64,000 nt of DNA from Candidatus Alcium sp. F082 (GTDB taxonomy: Bacteria > Bacteroidota > Bacteroidia > Bacteroidales > F082), in the NCBI GenBank assembly GCA_001543395.1, contig LPNG01000001.1, positions 87,760-151,759 of the forward strand, given 5' to 3'. Positions 32,518-42,100 of this stretch are shown here, piece by piece (position 1 is the stretch's first letter; every line of letters begins with the position of its first letter). The notes under the pieces are model-generated. The model made no database searches, was not told the DNA's origin, and saw only the letters and a list, made by a program, of their open reading frames with translations. The translations under genes were made by a program, and so were the position numbers.

Positions 32518-35500
32518 ATGAAAAAGATAACCTTACTTCTTGTTCTTGCCTTGAGCACCCTGTTTGCCCTGGCCCAAAATGGCCGCATTGACTTGCGCCA
32601 CGAAACAAAAGCTGAAATCACGCACAGCGAGTTCAACAACCTCCGTGCCACCTTCAGCTATGGCTCCATCGAGAGCATTGAGATTGCTACCGAAAGAGGC
32701 ACTTTCTCCGAAATCGCCATCGAAGGCACCTATGCCTCTGGCGAAATCGGCACGCCCGAACTACCTGCCTCTCACCAACTGCTGGCTGTGCCTTTTGGTG
32801 CCACGCCTCGCGTTAATGTCATCAGTTACACGACAACCGATTATCGTCTCTCCGACTATGGCATCGGCACCATCCTGCCGCATCAGCCTTCTGTCCGCAA
32901 GGACCAGAATCCTGAAGACGTAGAGTTCGTGTACAACACCGCTGCCTATCAAACCCGCAGCCTTGCCACAGCTCCCGAAGCCACAATCGAAATGCAAGGC
33001 ACCATGCGTGGCATCCGCATCGGCTCGCTGCTCATCAACCCCGTCAGCTACAACCCCGCCGCCAACACCTTGCGTGTGTTCAACGACATCGAGGTGGAAG
33101 TCAGCTTCGACGGTGCCGACCGCGCCGAAACCGAACGCATGCTGCTCAGCACCTACAGCCCCTATTTCGACATCGTCTACAAGCAGATGTTCAACTATCG
33201 TCAAATCCTTGACGTCTACACCGACCACCCCGACCTGATGGCCTATCCCGTCCACATGATCGTGATTACGCCCGAAGACTACGTCACTGCCTTGCAGCCT
33301 TGGATCAACTGGAAGATTCAGAAGGGCTTCGACGTGAATGTGGTGACCACAGCACAGGCCGGCGGTAACTACAACGCCATTCAGTCCTACGTGCAGAACC
33401 TCTACAACACAGGCGTCAACCAAGGTGCTACGCCGACCTTCGTCATCCTGGTGGGTGACACGGGTCAAGTCCCAGGAAAAACTAGTGGTAATGCCACCCA
33501 AAAGGTGACCGACCTGTACTATGGCTCCATCGATGGCGACTACTTCCCCGACATGTTCTACAGCCGTATGTCGGCCGAGAACACCAACCAAGTCACGGCC
33601 ATCGTCAACAAGATCTTGCAATACGAGCAATACACCATGCCCGACCCGAGTTACCTGAGCAACGTGACCCTCATCGCCGGCTGGGACAGCTACTGGAATG
33701 CTCGCATTGGTCGACCCACCATCAACTATGCCACCACCTATTACTATAATACAGCCCATGGCTTTAACCAGGTGAACGCCTACCTCCAACAAGGCCAATA
33801 TACGGGTTGTTATAACACCCTGAATACAGGTGTTGGTTTCATCAACTATACGGCTCACGGCTCAGAGACCAGCTGGTCCGACCCGCAATTCACGGTCTCC
33901 AACGTCAACGCCTTGACCAATGCCAACAAATATTTCCTTGCTATGGGTAACTGCTGCTTGACGGGTAACTTCGGCCACAGTCAGCCCTGCTTCGGCGAGG
34001 CCATGCTCCGTGGCGAAAACAAAGCCGCCTATTCCTATATCGGTTCATGCCCTGTCACCTATTGGTATGAGGACTACTACTTCGGCGTAGGCGCTACCAC
34101 CGTCATGAACCAAACCCCCACGCTTGAAAACACAGCCACTGGCGTTTACGACGGCATCTGGATGGACGACACCTACAACACGGTATCTTCCATTACTTTC
34201 CTTGGCAACATCGCCGTCTGCTATGCCAGCACAGGTGGTTACCAAACCAGTTCCAGCCCACTCTATTATTGGCAGGCTTACCATGTGCTCGGCGACGGCT
34301 CCATCATGCCTTACCGTGTGAATCCCACACCCAACACCGTCAGCCACGCCAGCACCTTCCCCGCTGGTGCCACCTCGTTCCAAGTGAGCGCCGAAGCCGG
34401 CTCTTATGTTGGCATCTCGCAGAATAACGTCCTGAAAGGCGCTGCTTTGGTACCTGCCTCTGGCTCGGTCAGCGTACCGGTCTCAGCAGGTATCACTTCA
34501 GGACAGGTGCGTATCGTGGTCACCAAGCCGCAACGTCAGCCCTACATCCAAGACATCAACGTAGGCGGTGCTCCGCAGTCATTCACCATCAACGTGTCGG
34601 CCAACCCGACTATTGGTGGCACCGTCAGTGGTGGCGGAACCTACAACCAAGGTCAGTCGTGCACGGTTACCGCAGCAGCCAACGCGAGTTACTCCTTCGT
34701 TAACTGGACCGAAAACGGCAACGTGGTCTCCACCAACAGAAACTACACCTTCACCGTCACGAGCAACCGTACCTTGGTGGCCAACTTCCAGGCACAGCCT
34801 CAGAACTACAGCATCACCGTGTCGGCCAACCCGACCAACGGCGGCACCGTCACGGGTGGTGGCTCCTACCAGCAGGGACAATCCTGCACCGTGAATGCCA
34901 CGCCTGCTACAGGTTACAATTTCGTGAGATGGACAGAAAACGGCCAGCAGGTTAGCACCAACGCCAGCTATACCTTCACCGTCACGGGCAACCGCACTTT
35001 GGTGGCTCAATTCCAACTCCAGAGCTTCTCCATCACTGCATCGGCCGACCCGAACAACGGAGGCACGGTGACGGGTGGTGGCACCTATAACTACGGTCAA
35101 AGCTGCACACTGTCGGCCACACCTGCTACGGGCTACACCTTCGTCAACTGGACCAAGAACGGCCAGCAGGTCAGCACCAACGCCAGCTACACCTTCAACG
35201 TGACCAGCTCGGGAGCGTATGTGGCACATTTCCAGATCCAGAGCTATAACATCGCTGTGGTTGCCAAACCTGCCAATGGCGGCACCGTGACGGGTGGCGG
35301 CACTTACACTTATGGCCAGAATTGCACCATCACGGCCACTGCCAACGAAGGCTACGATTTCATCAACTGGACGGAAAACAACATCCCGGTTTCCACCAAT
35401 CCGAGCTATAGCTTCAACGTGACGGGCAACCACAGCTTCGCTGCCAACTTTGAGTTGCAGACCATTGAAATCACCGCTACCGTTGAGCCGGCCGAAGGCG

Positions 35501-35931
35501 GCACCGCCACTGGCGGCGGCACATATACCTATGGCGACGAGGTGACCATCACCGTGGAGACTAACGAAGACTGGGCCTTCCTCAACTGGACTGAAAACGG
35601 CACTGTGGTGTCGGAGGAAAAGACCTATACCTTCATCGCCACCTCCAGCCGCGACTTGGTGGCTAACCTCATCTACACCGTAGGCGTCGGCGAGCAGATG
35701 GGCAACAACATCACCCTTTACCCCAACCCCGTCAACGACAAGCTGACCATTGAGGCAGAATCCGCCCTCGGTACCGTCGAGATCTACAACCTCATGGGTG
35801 CCTTGGTCTACAGCCAGAAAGGTTGCGCCAACAAGGTGGAAATCAACACCTCCGACCTGCAAAGCGGCATCTATTTCATCCGTATGACGAATGACAATAC
35901 CTCTGAAACCAGAAGGTTTGTGAAAGAATAA
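32518..35931 (+). CDS. C25-family (gingipain-like) cysteine peptidase with five InlB-B-like repeats and T9SS C-terminal sorting domain
   Basis: Signal peptide MKKITLLLVLALSTLFALAQ; propeptide; VILVGDTGQVPG; INYTAHGSETSW (catalytic His context); LAMGNCCLTGNFG (catalytic Cys context); five ~73-77-aa repeats; C-terminal ITLYPNPVNDKLTIEAES...GIYFIRMTNDNTSETRRFVKE. Confidence 0.85.
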   Translation: MKKITLLLVLALSTLFALAQNGRIDLRHETKAEITHSEFNNLRATFSYGSIESIEIATERGTFSEIAIEGTYASGEIGTPELPASHQLLAVPFGATPRVNVISYTTTDYRLSDYGIGTILPHQPSVRKDQNPEDVEFVYNTAAYQTRSLATAPEATIEMQGTMRGIRIGSLLINPVSYNPAANTLRVFNDIEVEVSFDGADRAETERMLLSTYSPYFDIVYKQMFNYRQILDVYTDHPDLMAYPVHMIVITPEDYVTALQPWINWKIQKGFDVNVVTTAQAGGNYNAIQSYVQNLYNTGVNQGATPTFVILVGDTGQVPGKTSGNATQKVTDLYYGSIDGDYFPDMFYSRMSAENTNQVTAIVNKILQYEQYTMPDPSYLSNVTLIAGWDSYWNARIGRPTINYATTYYYNTAHGFNQVNAYLQQGQYTGCYNTLNTGVGFINYTAHGSETSWSDPQFTVSNVNALTNANKYFLAMGNCCLTGNFGHSQPCFGEAMLRGENKAAYSYIGSCPVTYWYEDYYFGVGATTVMNQTPTLENTATGVYDGIWMDDTYNTVSSITFLGNIAVCYASTGGYQTSSSPLYYWQAYHVLGDGSIMPYRVNPTPNTVSHASTFPAGATSFQVSAEAGSYVGISQNNVLKGAALVPASGSVSVPVSAGITSGQVRIVVTKPQRQPYIQDINVGGAPQSFTINVSANPTIGGTVSGGGTYNQGQSCTVTAAANASYSFVNWTENGNVVSTNRNYTFTVTSNRTLVANFQAQPQNYSITVSANPTNGGTVTGGGSYQQGQSCTVNATPATGYNFVRWTENGQQVSTNASYTFTVTGNRTLVAQFQLQSFSITASADPNNGGTVTGGGTYNYGQSCTLSATPATGYTFVNWTKNGQQVSTNASYTFNVTSSGAYVAHFQIQSYNIAVVAKPANGGTVTGGGTYTYGQNCTITATANEGYDFINWTENNIPVSTNPSYSFNVTGNHSFAANFELQTIEITATVEPAEGGTATGGGTYTYGDEVTITVETNEDWAFLNWTENGTVVSEEKTYTFIATSSRDLVANLIYTVGVGEQMGNNITLYPNPVNDKLTIEAESALGTVEIYNLMGALVYSQKGCANKVEINTSDLQSGIYFIRMTNDNTSETRRFVKE
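34579..35679 (+). repeat. Five tandem 219-231-nt coding repeats (divergent InlB B-repeat-like domains)
   Basis: Units start SFTINVSANP / YSITVSANP / FSITASADP / YNIAVVAKP / IEITATVEP. Each has GGTVTGGGTY..GQ.CT and F[VI]NWTENG cores. Confidence 0.85.
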
Positions 35932-35947
35932 GTCAAGTTAATAAACC

Positions 35948-36002
35948 AAAAAACCGACCGTCTATAGATTCCCGAGGGAATGACATAGACGGTCGGTTTT
36001 TT
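35948..36002. terminator. Bidirectional terminator whose loop carries a REP-type inner hairpin
   Basis: A-tract, outer stem ccgaccgtctat / atagacggtcgg, inner hairpin agattcccgagggaatgac, then a T-tract. Lies between convergent genes. Confidence 0.75.
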
Positions 36003-36018
36003 ACGTCGTTGCTCCTGT

Positions 36019-36945
36019 TTATCTATTGGCTTGCGGCGCTGCTGCGCGGCTTTGGTTGACTATCCACACACCTGTGAACACCAAGACCATGGCGACCAAT
36101 TTCTTCCATGTGAGATGGTCCAAACCGATATAGATGCTGATGAGTGTGGCAATGATAGGCTGCACGTAGTTGTACATGCTTACCAAGGTGGGACGCAGTC
36201 TCTTCTGCCCGACAGGGATCAGGAAATAGGCCACAAAGGTGGCAAAGACCACTACGAAGGCCACTTGCCATAAGATCTTACTCTCCATCTGGGCGAAAGG
36301 CACATGGACGAGATGACGCGCATTGAACGGCAAGGCCACCAGCATAGAGAAGAGGAACATCCACTTCATGAAAGTGACCACGTTGTATCTCGAGATGAGT
36401 GGGCGGAAGATACCGAGATAGAGGGCAAATGTCAGGCCGTTGACGACGACCAGGACGATGCCCATGGGCTTCGTCTCCGAAGCCCCACCACCCAGTCCCA
36501 CTGAGTTGAAGATCAGGAAGAGCACACCAGCCAGACTCACCAACACACCCGCGATCTTCTTGAAAGTAATGGGTTCCTTCAAGGCAACAGCTGCAACCAG
36601 CATCGTTAGAATTGGCGTACAAGTGTTGGTGATGCTCGTATCGATGGAGGTCGTCATAGTGATGGCCTTCAGAAAGCTGATTTGGGTCAGGAAGAGGCCC
36701 AACATGGAAGCGATGAAAATCTGCCCCATGTCCTTCAGCGGGACCTTCTCCTTGGGCATAAAGAGCGAGAGCAGCCAAAACAAGGCCGTGGCTCCCATTG
36801 CACGGAGACAAAACAAGTCCATGGGCGTCAGCACGTGCGCATTGGAGATGTTCTTGCAGCACACAATGTTGAAGCCGAAGATGCAATAGGCGCCAAAACA
36901 GGCGAGATGCCCTATGAGGGTGGATTTATTCGATCCAGTAGACAT
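36019..36945 (-). CDS. EamA/DMT-family transporter
   Basis: Ten hydrophobic segments in a two-fold EamA-like arrangement. Start set at the ATG at 36945 (MSTGSNKSTLIGHLACFG...). Confidence 0.75.
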   Translation of the reverse strand: MSTGSNKSTLIGHLACFGAYCIFGFNIVCCKNISNAHVLTPMDLFCLRAMGATALFWLLSLFMPKEKVPLKDMGQIFIASMLGLFLTQISFLKAITMTTSIDTSITNTCTPILTMLVAAVALKEPITFKKIAGVLVSLAGVLFLIFNSVGLGGGASETKPMGIVLVVVNGLTFALYLGIFRPLISRYNVVTFMKWMFLFSMLVALPFNARHLVHVPFAQMESKILWQVAFVVVFATFVAYFLIPVGQKRLRPTLVSMYNYVQPIIATLISIYIGLDHLTWKKLVAMVLVFTGVWIVNQSRAAAPQANR

Positions 36946-37573
36946 AATTCTCCTTACGTGGACGGGCCTCAGGATAGTCACCGTTCACATAGCCGAGGAT
37001 GCAGTTGCCGATGCCGACATATTTGTTGGTGTCGATGCCCAGTCCGGCGAGGATGGCTTTACCTTCTTCCGTCTCAAAGACCTCTTTGGCACGGTGGATC
37101 CAGCACGAGCCCAAGCCTTTGGCATGAGCAGCGTTGAGCAGGTTGCCCATGACGAGCGAGCCATCTTCCTTCCAAGTCATGGCGGCGGTGCTGTCGGCCA
37201 AGACCACGAGCACCACGGGAGCGCCATAGAAGGGATCGTTGTCGGCACCCATCACGGAGGCGTTGAGGCGGCTCATCTCATCGCGCACCTCACGGTTGGT
37301 GACGGCGATGATGATAGGTGCTTGGCGGTTCATGCCCGTAGGGGCGTAGGTGCCCGCCTCGCAGATCTCTTCGATGACCTCCTTGGGAGGAATCTGGTCG
37401 GTGTAGCTGCGGATGCTACGACGCGTCAGCAGGTCTTGCATGGTCGTATTCATAGTCGTTTCGTTTGTAGTTTCTTGATTGCTCTGGTTATCGGAACTCT
37501 CCGTGGTCTTGTTGCCGCATGAACTGACAGCGGCGAAGACGGCCAAAGCGAAAATAAAGCAGAGTCTCTTCAT
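36926..37573 (-). CDS. Nitroreductase-family lipoprotein
   Basis: Start at the ATG at 37573 (MKRLCFIFALAVFAAVSSCG lipobox); LLTRRSIRSYTDQIP...APTGMNRQ nitroreductase signature. Confidence 0.8.
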   Translation of the reverse strand: MKRLCFIFALAVFAAVSSCGNKTTESSDNQSNQETTNETTMNTTMQDLLTRRSIRSYTDQIPPKEVIEEICEAGTYAPTGMNRQAPIIIAVTNREVRDEMSRLNASVMGADNDPFYGAPVVLVVLADSTAAMTWKEDGSLVMGNLLNAAHAKGLGSCWIHRAKEVFETEEGKAILAGLGIDTNKYVGIGNCILGYVNGDYPEARPRKENYVYWIE

Positions 37574-37592
37574 GATATTTGCGTTTAGGCGA

Positions 37593-37600
37593 CAAAGATA
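37593..37600 (-). promoter_or_regulatory. Candidate -7 box TATCTTTG
   Basis: 20 nt upstream of the ATG at 37573. Confidence 0.4.
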
Positions 37601-37641
37601 CGGATATATTTCGCAATTTTGCAGGCCCAAATAAGATTTCA

Positions 37642-38538
37642 ATGCAAAAAATAAAGAGCTACGTCCTCCCCATCGCCATCGTGCTGGGATTGTTGCTGCA
37701 CGACTATTGTGCCGCTTTCAGCGTAGTGGTGCCCTATATCATCTTCACCATCATCCTGTTGACCTTTACCGCCGTCGACATCACGAAGCTGCGGTTCAAG
37801 CCTTTGTTCATTTGGATTATCCTGTTTCAGGTAGTGGTGAGTCTGGGTGGCTATTACTTGCTGCGGCTCTTTCATGTCAACGAAATCATCGCTGAGGGTG
37901 TGTTTATCGGAGTGTTGTGTCCTGTAGCTGCCTCAGTGGCGGTGGTCAGCACTATGCTGGGGGCCGACCGCAACACGGTGACTTCCTTCTCCGTCATCGG
38001 CAATCTAGTGATCTCCGTGGTGGCGCCCATCTACTTCTCCTTCATCGGGGTGAACCAGGACCTGCCTTTCTTCACATCGTTTTTGCACATCTTACGGCGC
38101 ATCGGCACCGTCATCGGCTTGCCCTTCTTCATCGCCTTGGCCTTGCAGCTTTGTCTGCCCAAAGCCAACGCTTTCCTAAGCCGTTACAAGGGCTTGGCCT
38201 TCTACCTCTGGGCGGTGGCTTTGTTTCTCACTTTGGGCCAGACCATTCACTTCATCTTCCTCAACGGCAAGGGCAATTGGGGCAGTATCCTATGGCTCGG
38301 CGTCTCGGCCTTGTTGTTCTGCATCATCCAATTCGGCTTAGGCAAATGGATAGGCAGCAAATACGGCGACACCATTGCGGGTGGGCAGCTGCTTGGGCAG
38401 AAAAACAGTGCCATGGGCATCTGGATGGCCAACCATTATCTAAACCCTTTGGCTTCGGTCTTCTTGGCCTTTTATTCCGTCTTCCAGAACCTGTTCAACA
38501 GCTGGCAGCTTTGGTATAAGGAGAGGAAAAAGAAATAA
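37642..38538 (+). CDS. Polytopic membrane transporter, bile-acid:sodium-symporter (BASS/SBF)-like
   Basis: Start at the ATG at 37642 (MQKIKSYVLPIAIVLG...). About 9-10 TM segments. Family call by overall pattern only. Confidence 0.55.
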   Translation: MQKIKSYVLPIAIVLGLLLHDYCAAFSVVVPYIIFTIILLTFTAVDITKLRFKPLFIWIILFQVVVSLGGYYLLRLFHVNEIIAEGVFIGVLCPVAASVAVVSTMLGADRNTVTSFSVIGNLVISVVAPIYFSFIGVNQDLPFFTSFLHILRRIGTVIGLPFFIALALQLCLPKANAFLSRYKGLAFYLWAVALFLTLGQTIHFIFLNGKGNWGSILWLGVSALLFCIIQFGLGKWIGSKYGDTIAGGQLLGQKNSAMGIWMANHYLNPLASVFLAFYSVFQNLFNSWQLWYKERKKK

Positions 38539-38547
38539 ACACTATAT

Positions 38548-38688
38548 GAGGTTCCCGCCTGACGGCGGGAATGGAGTTGGACACATTGTATCCAGCGGCG
38601 GCGTGATGCGGTTACTGGTCAGTAGCTGGCTTTAGCCGCCGCGTGTAACAATACTATACACTCGCCATTCCCGCGAAGCGGGAACCTC
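38548..38688. repeat. Nested-palindrome intergenic element (MITE/REP-like), copy 2
   Basis: gaggttcccgcctgacggcgggaatggag ... gcggcggc ... gccgccgc ... gccattcccgcgaagcgggaacctc. Confidence 0.75.
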
Positions 38689-38706
38689 AACCCATACAAC
38701 AAACAA

Positions 38707-38740
38707 AGGCCTCCCGTATGGGGAGGCCTCCATTGAATCA
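38707..38740 (-). terminator. Rho-independent terminator for the 87-aa gene
   Basis: Minus-sense GGAGGCCTCCCC-ATAC-GGGAGGCC followed by TTTGTTTGTTG. Confidence 0.55.
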
Positions 38741-38764
38741 AAAAACGATAAAACGTTCAGTGAA

Positions 38765-39028
38765 TTATTCTTGTTCCTTCTTGCGCTTGCCAAGGAGGTA
38801 GGCGCCAGCCAGGCCGGCGAGGAGCATGATGCCTTCTCCAGCAGGGGCCTGCTTCCATTGGTCGTACTCAACATTCTCTTGAGGAACCATGACACCAAAA
38901 TCATTTTCGCTAAGGCGACCACGTTTGTTGTTGTTCCATTCATCTTCCTCGAGAACGAACACCTGTGACATGGCGGGTACAACGGCCATCAACATCAAGG
39001 TTGTGATTGCAATTATTCTTTTTTTCAT
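38765..39028 (-). CDS. Small secreted/anchored protein, 87 aa, with sorting-signal-like C-terminus
   Basis: Signal peptide MKKRIIAITTLMLMAVVPAMSQ. The C-terminus is PAGEG + IMLLAGLAGAYLLG (hydrophobic) + KRKKEQE (basic). Confidence 0.6.
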   Translation of the reverse strand: MKKRIIAITTLMLMAVVPAMSQVFVLEEDEWNNNKRGRLSENDFGVMVPQENVEYDQWKQAPAGEGIMLLAGLAGAYLLGKRKKEQE

Positions 39029-39080
39029 CGTATTTTGGGTTTTATTTGTTATTTCTTCCGTTAATGTTGGGGTCTTGTAA

Positions 39081-39100
39081 GGGCGAACCCGGGTTCGCCC
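39081..39100. terminator. Perfect 20-bp palindrome GGGCGAACCCGGGTTCGCCC downstream of the giant gene
   Basis: Read directly, 20 nt past the stop at 39121. The T-tract is weak, so terminator function is uncertain. Confidence 0.4.
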
Positions 39101-39120
39101 CTACAATTACCATACCGTTT

Positions 39121-42100
39121 TTATCTCACCACGACCTTTTGGACCTTGGTGCTGTTGCCTTCGCTTATGCGGAGCATGTAGACACCCTTGGCCACATTGT
39201 TCAGGTTGACACGGTTCTGGTCGTTGGTCAGGCGAGTGCTGTAGATCGTACGACCCAGCACGTCGACCACGTCGAGGTTACCCTTGCCGTTGATGACCCA
39301 CTCGGAGCCGTCGAACCAGGCGAAGTCGTTGTCGCTCTCGTTGTACTCCTCGACGTCGGTCACAGCGAAGGTGATGTAGAAGCGCGACACATAGTCATCG
39401 GTGGTGGCATCGAAGGTGTAGTGGTCGCTACGCAGCATGTCGGTGATCGTACCCGTCATGTTATCAACCAGCAGCAAGCTCGTGAAGTCACCATTCTGGG
39501 TGTTCCAGGTCAGCGTGAAGGTGCCGTCTTCATCGGTGATGAAGCGCACGGGCACGCGATCGGTACCTTCGGGCGTAAACACCAGACCGTAGCTGGTGCC
39601 CTCAAGATGGGCTGCGATCTTGAAGTTGGCGTTGCGCAGGTTGTTCACCTTGCGGACACCGCCAATCTCAGGACGGAGCAACTCGATAATGGCGAGGTCA
39701 CGATTACCCGTCTCATTCTCAGCAAAGAGGTTGACCACAGGATATCTGGGTTGTTCCTCACCGCGGAAGTAAGACGTCTCGTTAGGCGTAGCAGTAGCCA
39801 TGTCGTAAGTGAACTTAAGTTCTTTTTCCGTTCCTTCACGTCCTTCAATAACCACGAAGAATGCTTGGTGCGGGTGGATGAACTGAGAAGGAACAGCTGT
39901 GTTGACAGAAGCATTGGTGATGTAAGGACCATAAGTGCCATTGTCAGCGTCGTAGATATAGAAACCATTGGCTGTAGCATAACCACCAAAACCGTTCTCC
40001 GATGCAACCTTGGCGAGGTCAAGATAGGCCTGATAGGGGTTACCCACAAGGTTGCTGCCCCAATCCTTAGTGGGAGCAGGGTCGTTTTCCTGGTCTCCAG
40101 AGATGGTAAGATTAATCTTAACCTCCTTGTTGTTCAGTGTACCCGTGTTACTCAGGTAGCTGTCCTTGCTGATGGCCATCATGTAGCCACGGCCAGGAGT
40201 GAAGGTCGTTTCGTTAGTATACATAATCTGGTCGTATGGGTCATCATAGTGCCAGTGGCTATCAGAACCACGCTTGAAGTTAATCCAATGGTACTGTGGC
40301 TCATAGTATGTATAAAGATCCCATGTGACTTCAGTTTGATCAAGCAAACCATTTGGCATGTAGTTTCCAACCATAGTCAAAATATTGGCAGGTGCACCAT
40401 GTAAAGCCTGTCCTCCATAAGTCGTACCCATCGGAGCATCGCTCAGCGGCGTTGACATCAAGTGCCAGTCATACTCTAACAAGTTGCCATAGTAGTCGTG
40501 AGCGCTCTTGCTCGAGTTGTCGAAGGTGATACCCACGACAGCTTTGATACTAGCCATAGCTTTGCCGTTAGTGGCTTCCTTCTGCAGCAATACGGCATCT
40601 TCGTTGATGAAGAGCATATTGTCACCATTGCCCTTCGTCACATCAACAGCTTTGCCATAGAGGAACATTTTGACCGACTTGCCATCAAATCTGGCAAACA
40701 GATTGTCGAGGCCGTTGGCACCATCATAAATGGAGCTATAGCGCAAGAACTTGCCATCAGTAGAAGCCAAACTGTTGTCGGTGTCGAAGCCTAAAATCGG
40801 CAAGTCGCTATTGATGTCGCCAGAGGTCGGACGGAACCACTTGGTATAGCCAGTGTGCGTCTTGACCCATTGGTTCAAAGCGTCAAGCATACCAGGCCAT
40901 CTGTTTATTTTACCACCACTGTATGTAATCGCAGTTGCAACACAATTGTTGGATTGTCCATCAGCAAAAGTAATCTTGTTGTCGTCATACATATAACCGA
41001 TAGCTTTGCGATCCAATGGTGCGCTATAGAGGCCGTGGCCTGTGAGTGAAGTCTCATTACCAGGAATACCAACATAACCGTTTGAAGCGTCTGCATAGCA
41101 GATGGTAATCTCACCATCGCTATTGTCGTAAGCAAAAGCTGGGAAGGTTTGCTCACCAATAGCAGCGTAGCAGTTCTCCACATGACCATTGTTTACGCCA
41201 ACGAGACCACCAATACTAGTAGCTTGCGTACCCGTGACAGTCACGTTGCTGTAGCTATTGTAGAGGTCAGCACCATTGACGGCAACCAAACCGCCAACTG
41301 TGGTTTCGTCTCTCTGTGCTATAATCGTGTTAACAGCGAAAGAGGAATGGATGGTGCTACCTTCTTCGGCAACAGCGACGAGACCGCCAATATTCTGGGC
41401 AAATTCGTCATCGCCAGTAAGATTACCAGCAGCTTCAATATTGGCGAGTGTACCACCTCTCATGGTACCGATAACCGTAGCATAGTTATTGGCCACACCA
41501 TTGAAGTTGGCAACGGCAACCATATCGTGGATATTGGCACCTTCGGTGATACCAAACATACCGAGGTCTGTTCTGTAGAGCGAACTGACGAGGCCTTCAA
41601 TCACAAATCCATTACCCTCAAATTCACCCTTGAACACATTATTTCTCTCACCAATTGGCACCCAAGTATGCTCATGCATGTCTAGGTCTTTCTTGATGAT
41701 CACTTTCTTATTGGTAAAGTCGTCGGGGTCACAGCCATTCTCACCATTGACCAAAGAAATTACCCAAGCAAGGTCTTCTTCGGAGTCGATGTTATCGATG
41801 GAAAAACCTTCGGGCTGCGAAGTGACCCAAGTTACCCAAGTGTCAATCCAATACAGGATGTTGGGATCGGCACCCGTTTCCAACTTATAGATTTCGCCAT
41901 CGTGGACAATAATGGCCTGAGTTTCATGAGGTTCATCAAGCCAGGCAAGCTCGTTAGAATAGACCACCTCAGCAATACCGGCAACAAAGTAATCGATAGG
42001 CTTGCTCAAGCCAATGAAAGCGGAATGTGCTGCATCATTTTCAACGTAAGCCAATTCCTTGTAGTTCTCAGAATCATTGTCTTCACCAATCTGAAGCTTT

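Noticed and set aside
32761-35862. 365-aa and 427-aa minus-strand ORFs
   Set aside because: They lie antisense to the C25 peptidase gene. Their Gly/Val/Asp/His-rich composition is typical of shadow frames in GC-rich repeats.
39007-40404. 465-aa plus-strand ORF and many shorter ones through 47500
   Set aside because: They lie antisense to the 2944-aa adhesin ORF, which has a clear T9SS C-terminal domain and repeat structure.
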